A stretch of DNA of 64,000 nt from Octopus vulgaris. Lineage: Eukaryota. Every line of letters begins with the position of its first letter. Positions within the stretch are counted from its first letter, which is position 1. The position numbers and the translations under genes are program-made. The stretch spans positions 43,152,001 to 43,216,000 of the forward strand of contig OX597837.1 of NCBI GenBank assembly GCA_951406725.2, given 5' to 3'. The notes beneath the pieces are model-generated. The model ran no database searches, was not told the origin of the DNA, and saw only the letters and a program-made list of their open reading frames with translations. Shown one piece after another: positions 56,628 to 64,000 of the stretch.

Positions 56628-58299
56628 TTGATAGCCGGAAAGCATATGAGGAGCCCCTTTTTCTGTTCTTATTGTAGAGGGATCATTCCTGTTATTCCTA
56701 ACCTTTTGCCTGTCATAACATCTGTACCTGGTCCTTGAGTGTCTTTACTTGGGTCAACTCCTGTGCAAGTATCAGGGTCAGGTTTTGAGGGCAATTTACT
56801 CTCTTCTTTGCTTCACACCGACCCAGTCGTAGCAAGATACTTGTTACACACATAATCATGTTTATATCATGTGCTAACGTGGGATTCTACTGAGTCAAAT
56901 GGCCTGCTAGAAATAGTAGTCAAATCTCACTGAATTCACCGTGTTTTATGTTAAATTAGGAGGAGACACGTTAAGATAATGCACTTATGGATGAATGCGA
57001 ACTATCGATTCCTTAATGGCTAATATGTTGGTTGTTGATCAACTTAGGTCCGCAAAGCAAGCCAATCATTCGAAAATCTTGATTAAAATGCTAACAACAA
57101 CGCTCTTGTTCGTAGCTTGTTAATCAAAGCGAAGAACAGCTTTCTAATGTTATCAAATGTTGTATGCAATTGATTTGATTATAAAACGAACGAAAACAAT
57201 CCTTCCTTCGAGACATTAAAGAAGGAGAAATCGTTCGTAGGAGATTTGATTCCGCTCGCTTCCTCTCAAACGAACATCCAGACAAACAGTCTCCGTGAAC
57301 GACTGGGGAATAAGTAGGAAGCGAATAAAAACCTAATTAGAGCCGCCGTATAATTCAAACATAGAGCTGTGTGGCTTGTAATGATAATTAAACAGAAGTT
57401 TAATAATCATTAGGAGGAACACATTCTTAGCTGTGAAGCGTGAGGGAGACGGCAAGTTTTGAAATAAGAAATCTTTAAAGATTCTACGATATCGATTCTT
57501 GTAATGTTCAATGGTTCCCAAAGCTAATTTTAAGTTAAACTAATAAAACTTTATTTTGATGAATGGTACAATTTTCAGGAAGATTTACTCAAGGAATAAT
57601 AATGATTTGCTAGGCAAACAATAAAAACGGTGTAAGAGAACACGAACACACACTTTCTCTACGGGTCTTTCTCTCTCTCTCTTCTCCCAAACACGCAAAT
57701 ACAATCACAAACCCAAGGAGACACACATGTATAAATACATACATAAGACAAATGTCATGGCGAATGTTCATTAGCTCACTCAGGTGTAACAATAGTGACA
57801 AAATCTTGAGCCATTAACTCTAAACATAAATCAACAAACTCCAGGCACTGATTTCTCTCTTTTTTTTTTTGTTATGTACTCTCGCAGTTCGACATATGAA
57901 AATTTCATTAACGTTGGCTGTTCTTCATTTGAATTATATCTTCAGAGACACTTTTGAGAACGCAGTGAACCTTATTCGGTAAATAGCTTTTAGTCTGTAA
58001 AGGAAAACACAGGTTCTTAATCATTTATATTTTCTCGAAGAATGAAATGCGCAACTTTTGTGTTATGGCAACATGGTGTTGTCGCAAACTTCAAAATTTA
58101 TTAGATTTTTAGTTTATTGTCATATATATAAACCGTATAGTTCCTCAGACGCTTTCTAAAATCTACATTGGCTTAGAGGTGTGTAATGAATATATAACAG
58201 CTTAGCTTTTCAATATATATGAATTTATATAGGATACGTAACTGCATAGGATATCTATCTGTGTAAGATATATGTAGATGTACGTCCGTACGTATATGT

Positions 58300-58500
58300 C
58301 TGTATGTTTGTATGTATGTATGTATGTATGTATGTATGTATGTATGTATGTATGTATGTATGTATGTATGTATGTATGTATGTATGTATGTATGTATGTA
58401 TGTATGTATGTATGTATGTATGTATGTATGTATGTATGTATGTATGTATGTATGTATGTTCATGTATGTATGTATGTATGAATGTATATATGTACGTATG

Positions 58501-58534
<34 letters not shown>

Positions 58535-58871
58535 TGTATGTATGTATGTATGTATGTATGTATGTATGTATGTATGTATGTATGTATGTATGTATGTATG
58601 TATGTATGTATGTATGTATGTATGTATGTATGTATGTATGTATGTATGTATGTATGTATGTATGTATGTATGTATGTATGTATGTATGTATGTATGTATG
58701 TATGTATGTATGTATGTATGTATGTATGTATGTATGTATGTATGTATGTATGTATGTATGTATGTATGTATGTATGTATGTATGTATGTATGTATGTATG
58801 TATGTATGTATGTATGTATGTATGTATGTATGTATGTATGTTGTATGTATGTATGTATGTATGTATGTATG

Positions 58872-58905
<34 letters not shown>

Positions 58906-58970
58906 TGTATGTATGTGTGTATGTATGTATGTATGTATGTATGTATGTATGTATGTATGTATGTATGTGT
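58300..58970. repeat. (TATG)n microsatellite
   Basis: Direct reading. Confidence 0.98.
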
Positions 58971-59799
58971 GTAAGCGTTTATGTACATATGTATTTCCCT
59001 CAGATTAACTTCGATGACAGTAAATAATGGACTCTGAAGATGCTGCATCGACAATAACACTAAAATGTGCACCTGACAGCGTGCGGCTGATGCAGTTGAA
59101 ACGCGAGTAGGCCCACGGAAGAATGGTGTGAACTACTATGAATAACTTTAATAAAATTATAGGTGGAAAATCTCCGTTCTTTTAACCATTATTAATATAT
59201 ATTAATATATATTGGCCTGCTCGCTTAGCCAGCGGGGTGGCGTCATTTAAAGGCTAAAACAATGCGAAACGCATTGTGACCAGCGATGTGTAGCAACATC
59301 TGATAGCCTGGTTGGTCACGGTGATATATATATATACGTACGTACATACATGCATACATACATTCATATGCATATACTTATATATATATATATATATATA
59401 TATTGATAAAAACGGTAAGATAACAAAAGAAAGAAAGAGACCTCGATATTATGTTTTATCTTGGCTACCGAATAATTGTCACATATTACATTTACAGATA
59501 TATATATATACATGCATACATTTATATATATATATATGTATGTATGTATGTATGCATTTATGTATTTATGTATGTATGTATGTATGTATGTATGTATGTA
59601 TGTATGTATGTATGTATGTATGTATGTATGTATGTATAAGCTTGCTACATGTTCAAATAAGCTTCAGGCATATTCGAACACGTAAGAAAGCTTTTCACTG
59701 TGTTATGCCATGGAGAACATTTCTCCCTGTTGAACAAATAGGTTTAAATACACCGGAAATTCTCACAGCGCCACCTGAAGTGGTCTTTCGAAAGAGTGA

Positions 59800-59980
59800 T
59801 GGGGATGAGGGCAAGTCGATTATATGGACCCCAATGTCTACTGGCAATTATTTTATCGACCCCAAAAGGATGAAAGGCAGAGTGAACCTCAGCGGTGTTT
59901 GAACCCAGAACGTAAAGACGAGTGAATTTTCCCTCAGCATTTTTTCCGGAGCAGTAATGATTTTACCAGTCCACCGTCTT
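59800..59980 (-). mobile_element. SINE family C, diverged
   Basis: TTTTATCGACCCCAAAAGGATGAAAGGCAGAGTGAACCTC..GAACCCAGAACGTAAAGACG. Confidence 0.8.
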
Positions 59981-60107
59981 CGGGAAGAGTTCGCACACTC
60001 TCAGCAACAGGAAAGAATGCAGAATTCTGTACACACCTCAGCAACACGGAGATGTAGCATTTGAGGCAGAATAGATTTGCCTACATCTACCAAATATTGA
60101 ACAGTTA

Positions 60108-60175
<68 letters not shown>

Positions 60176-60552
60176 ATAATAATAATAATAATAATAATGA
60201 TAATAATACTAATACTAATAATAATAATAATAATAATGATAATGGTAGAAATGAGTTGCGACGTCACTGGTGGCAAGCTGTATCGACCTTTGTCTTTCCC
60301 TTGGATAACACTGGTGGCGTGGAGAGGGGAGGCTGGTATGCATGGGTGACTGCTGGCCTTCCATAAACAACCTTGCCCGGACTTGTGTCTAGGAGGGTAA
60401 CTTTCTAGGTGCAATCCCATGGTCATTCATGACCGAAGGGGGTCTTTACCCTTTTAATGATAATAATAATGATGATGATGATGATGATGTGTCTTCTACA
60501 GGTTCAAAAAATAAACTTGTCAATCTACTTCATTTTTGTTAATATTTTATAG

Positions 60553-60575
60553 GATTGAGGTAACTCCTCCAGCAG
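60553..60575 (+). CDS. candidate 23-nt micro-exon: (K)IEVTPPA
   Basis: T-rich acceptor TTCATTTTTGTTAATATTTTATAG|, donor CAG|GTATAC; phase 2 in, matching exon 31665-31881. Confidence 0.3.
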
Positions 60576-60884
60576 GTATACAGAAGCAAACAAAAAAAAA
60601 AAGAAAAACGAAAAGTGCCATTGTTATCAAGTTTAACATATTACCAAAAATGAAGGAGATTGACAAGTTTATATTTTGAACCTGTGGAACCTGTGTCGAT
60701 GTAATCGACTACCCCCCCCCCCCCAAATTTCGGGCCTTGTGCCTAGAGTAGAAAAAAATTCTCTTTTAGTGCCTTGTTACTTAACATACTCACCAGTTCG
60801 ATTTCCACTCATTTTCCTAAAATTTCCTTTGCGTCTTGCAAACTTTTCAATAGTCGTAGACTCTCTCTCTCTCTCTCTCTCTCA

Positions 60885-60942
<58 letters not shown>

Positions 60943-60949
60943 ATATATA

Positions 60950-61362
60950 TAGGAGTGGCTCTGTGGTAAGTAGCTTGCTAACCAACCACATGGTTCGGGT
61001 TCAGTCCCACTGCGTGGCATCTTGGGCAAGTGTCTTCTGCTATAGCCCCGGGCCGACCAATGCCTTGTGAGTGGATTTGGTAGACGGAAACTGAAAGAAG
61101 CCTGTCGGATATATATATATATATATATATAAGTGTGTGTGTATATGTTTGTGTGTCTGTGTTTGTCCCCCTAGCATTGCATGACAACCGATGCTGGTGT
61201 GTTTACGTCCCCTTCACTTAGCGGTTCGGCAAAAGAAACCGATAGAATAAGTACTGGGCTTACAAAGAATAAGTCCTGGGGTCGATTTGCTCGACTAAAG
61301 GCGGTGCTCCAGCATGGCCGCAGTCAAATGACTGAAACAAGTAAAAGAGTAAAAGAAAAGAG
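60950..61362 (+). mobile_element. SINE family A full copy
   Basis: Head with A/B-box-like motifs, internal (TA)(TG) tract, tail ending GACTGAAACAAGTAAAAGAGTAAAAGA. Confidence 0.93.
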
Positions 61363-61440
<78 letters not shown>

Positions 61441-61744
61441 TATTTTACACCGGTGGCTGTTATGATTTCGGCGTGAAACGAAACAGTTGCAGCACAGATT
61501 TCGAAGCGATAGGTTGGGAGTCTCTAATCATGGTAACACGTGCTGAAGAAGCTAAGGTTTTATTTTACCAATGCAGAAATCGATCCACGTGAGTCCAAGT
61601 ACTTAAATGTATGTTAGTAGATAGTCTTACCTGATTTTGTCTTCGTTTGATTTCTGTAGTTTCCATCGGTGTATTTTTGGCGATTTAATAATAAGAGTTT
61701 TGACTGTTATTTCAAGCAAGTTGACATACCTAGTATGTCCTTTG

Positions 61745-61809
<65 letters not shown>

Positions 61810-62675
61810 ATATATGTATTATGAATATATATATGTATAGGTGCCTTTGAAGCATGTGTATGGAAGTTGATCTTAGATTAGCCGTGCGAAAAATAAGAAT
61901 CTGACATTTCAGGACTTCAATGCTTTCAGCTGTTAAAAACGGTAACTTTTTCATCTTTTATTCTTTAGTGACAGAATCTTAATTCCCAAATGTCAAACGT
62001 TCCTGCTTCACACAACCTACGCATTTATCCAAACTTCGCTATACTTTCTGCTCCCGCTGACTGCCATCAGGTTCTTCAAGCGGTTTTTTTATTCCTCGTG
62101 TAAAAGAATATTTAAAAGAGTCGGAATGCAAAACAAAAAAAAAAAAAAAATGAAAAATTATTGTTGATGTCAGATTGAAGGATTACTAAGGTCCATTGGT
62201 AGAACACTTGTCATAATCACAGGAGATATGAGTTCGAATCCCATGGGCAGCGCTCGACTTTTTCTATCCAAAAGGCTACGCCACTAGGCTACGCGCTTTC
62301 ACGTCGATGGAGCATCGGATAAAATATCTCGCGCAGTTTATTTCCGCCTGTAACATTCTGAGTCCACATTCCGGTACTGTTAGTTTTACTTGTCATACTT
62401 CCGGGGTCGATAGAAATGCGCCAGTCTATTGCAGTAGCTTCGCAGAATCATTGGAACATTGGATGGAATGCCTCTGCCTTCTATGCTGGAATATATAGAC
62501 ATGTAGTGGGAGAAACTTCACCTTGTCTAACATAATCATTTGGAAACTTCGTTGACTTTTTACAGAGTTAACTGGGGTCAGATCTGTGTTTTGATGATAC
62601 CTACCAGACACCCACTCACCTCAATCTTTTTTTATTGTTACTTAGCCAGGTGTAAAGGCCATGTATACGTCTCAC

Positions 62676-62689
62676 CATCATCATCGCCG

Positions 62690-62742
<53 letters not shown>

Positions 62743-62806
62743 TACCCCCATCACTACCCCCATCCTCCTCCTCCTCCTCCTCATCATCATCATCATCATC
62801 ATCATT

Positions 62807-62865
<59 letters not shown>

Positions 62866-63010
62866 TGTTACCATCGTCATTATCATCGCCGTTAAATTAT
62901 CATCAAGTCTCCATCACCATAATCATGATGATCCTCGTCGTCGTCTTTCTCATCCTCCTCCCAACCACCACCATCACCATCACCACCACCACTATCATCA
63001 TCATCATCAT
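62676..63010. repeat. (CAT)n/(CCT)n/(CAC)n compound repeat
   Basis: Direct reading. Confidence 0.95.
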
Positions 63011-63091
63011 CTTGGCTTACGTCAATATTTTCATCCTACCTACAAACTTCAAGAACATGGCTGCCCGAAGCACTTTCCGTGATTCTCTCCA

Positions 63092-63305
63092 TTAAGGGCA
63101 TAAGGCCTGAAGTTTCTGCGAGCCGAGGACCAGTCAATTACAACGACCCCCAGTACTCAACTGGTAAATATCTTATCAACTCGGAAAAAGGAAAAAAAAT
63201 ATAAGGTCGACCTGATCGGAGTTTGAACTCAGAACGCAAAGCGACAGAAGAAATACCGCTAAGCATTTTGTCCTGTAAGAAATACCTGTAAGCTTTCTGC
63301 TCGGC
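63092..63305 (-). mobile_element. SINE family C variant, diverged
   Basis: CGACCCCCAGTACTCAACTGGTA..GGTCGACC..TTTGAACTCAGAACG..GAAATACCGCTAAGCATTTTG. Confidence 0.8.
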
Positions 63306-63663
63306 GCCTGTCTCTGAAATATAAACAAATTTTTCCTGCACGTATATATTTTGTATATCAGCCGTCACCTTGTTGAAAACGCGTAGAAAACATAGATTTA
63401 TTTCTAAGAACTCTTGTTGTTTCAATTTTATACTAAGTAAGGTTATTTTATTACAGTCAACGTTTTAATAATCTGGCAGGCAATTACGAGTTATTACTTA
63501 AAATTGATAATAAAATGACAACAACAACAACAGCAACAGCAGCAGCGGTAGCAACAAAAAAAAGCATTTAATTAATAACACCAAAAAACTGACAAAATTT
63601 TCAGAGGAAAAAAAGAAAAAAAAAACAATCAGAAAAAACAGCTAAAACAAATTTACAAATAGG

Positions 63664-63703
63664 AATGATAATAATAATGATAATGATAATAATAATAATA
63701 ATG

Positions 63704-63762
<59 letters not shown>

Positions 63763-63781
63763 GACGATGATAATGATGATG

Positions 63782-63816
<35 letters not shown>

Positions 63817-63847
63817 GATGATGATGATGCTGATAATGATGATGATG

Positions 63848-63906
<59 letters not shown>

Positions 63907-63928
63907 TATAATGATAATAATGATGATG

Positions 63929-63981
<53 letters not shown>

Positions 63982-64000
63982 GACGATGATAATGATGATG
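63664..64000. repeat. (AAT)n/(GAT)n array running off the window
   Basis: Direct reading. Confidence 0.97.

Overview
AT-rich, gene-poor eukaryotic DNA dominated by microsatellites ((TA)n, (TACA)n, (CA)n, (ATT)n, (CCA/CAT)n) and short transposable elements. The SINE families and repeat landscape look like an octopus (coleoid cephalopod) genome; this is pattern recognition, not a database result. Almost every ORF in the supplied track is a simple-repeat artefact. Supportable content: (i) dozens of tRNA-headed SINE copies of at least three families, with shuffled head/middle/tail modules; (ii) two decayed Penelope-like element (PLE) ORF remnants with GIY-YIG endonuclease motifs, an RTE-type LINE 3' end, two Tc1/mariner transposase remnants, two non-autonomous Helitrons and several MITE/foldback elements; (iii) several short, mutually unrelated elements abutting (TA)n tracts that carry minimal type I hammerhead-ribozyme motifs, often as inverted duplications, with one intact pair at 30553-30595(-)/30802-30844(+); (iv) three phase-compatible candidate exons (8051-8177, 31665-31881, 60553-60575) of an unrecognised + strand gene, which would make most of the window intronic. 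Element boundaries were read by eye and may be off by several bases.
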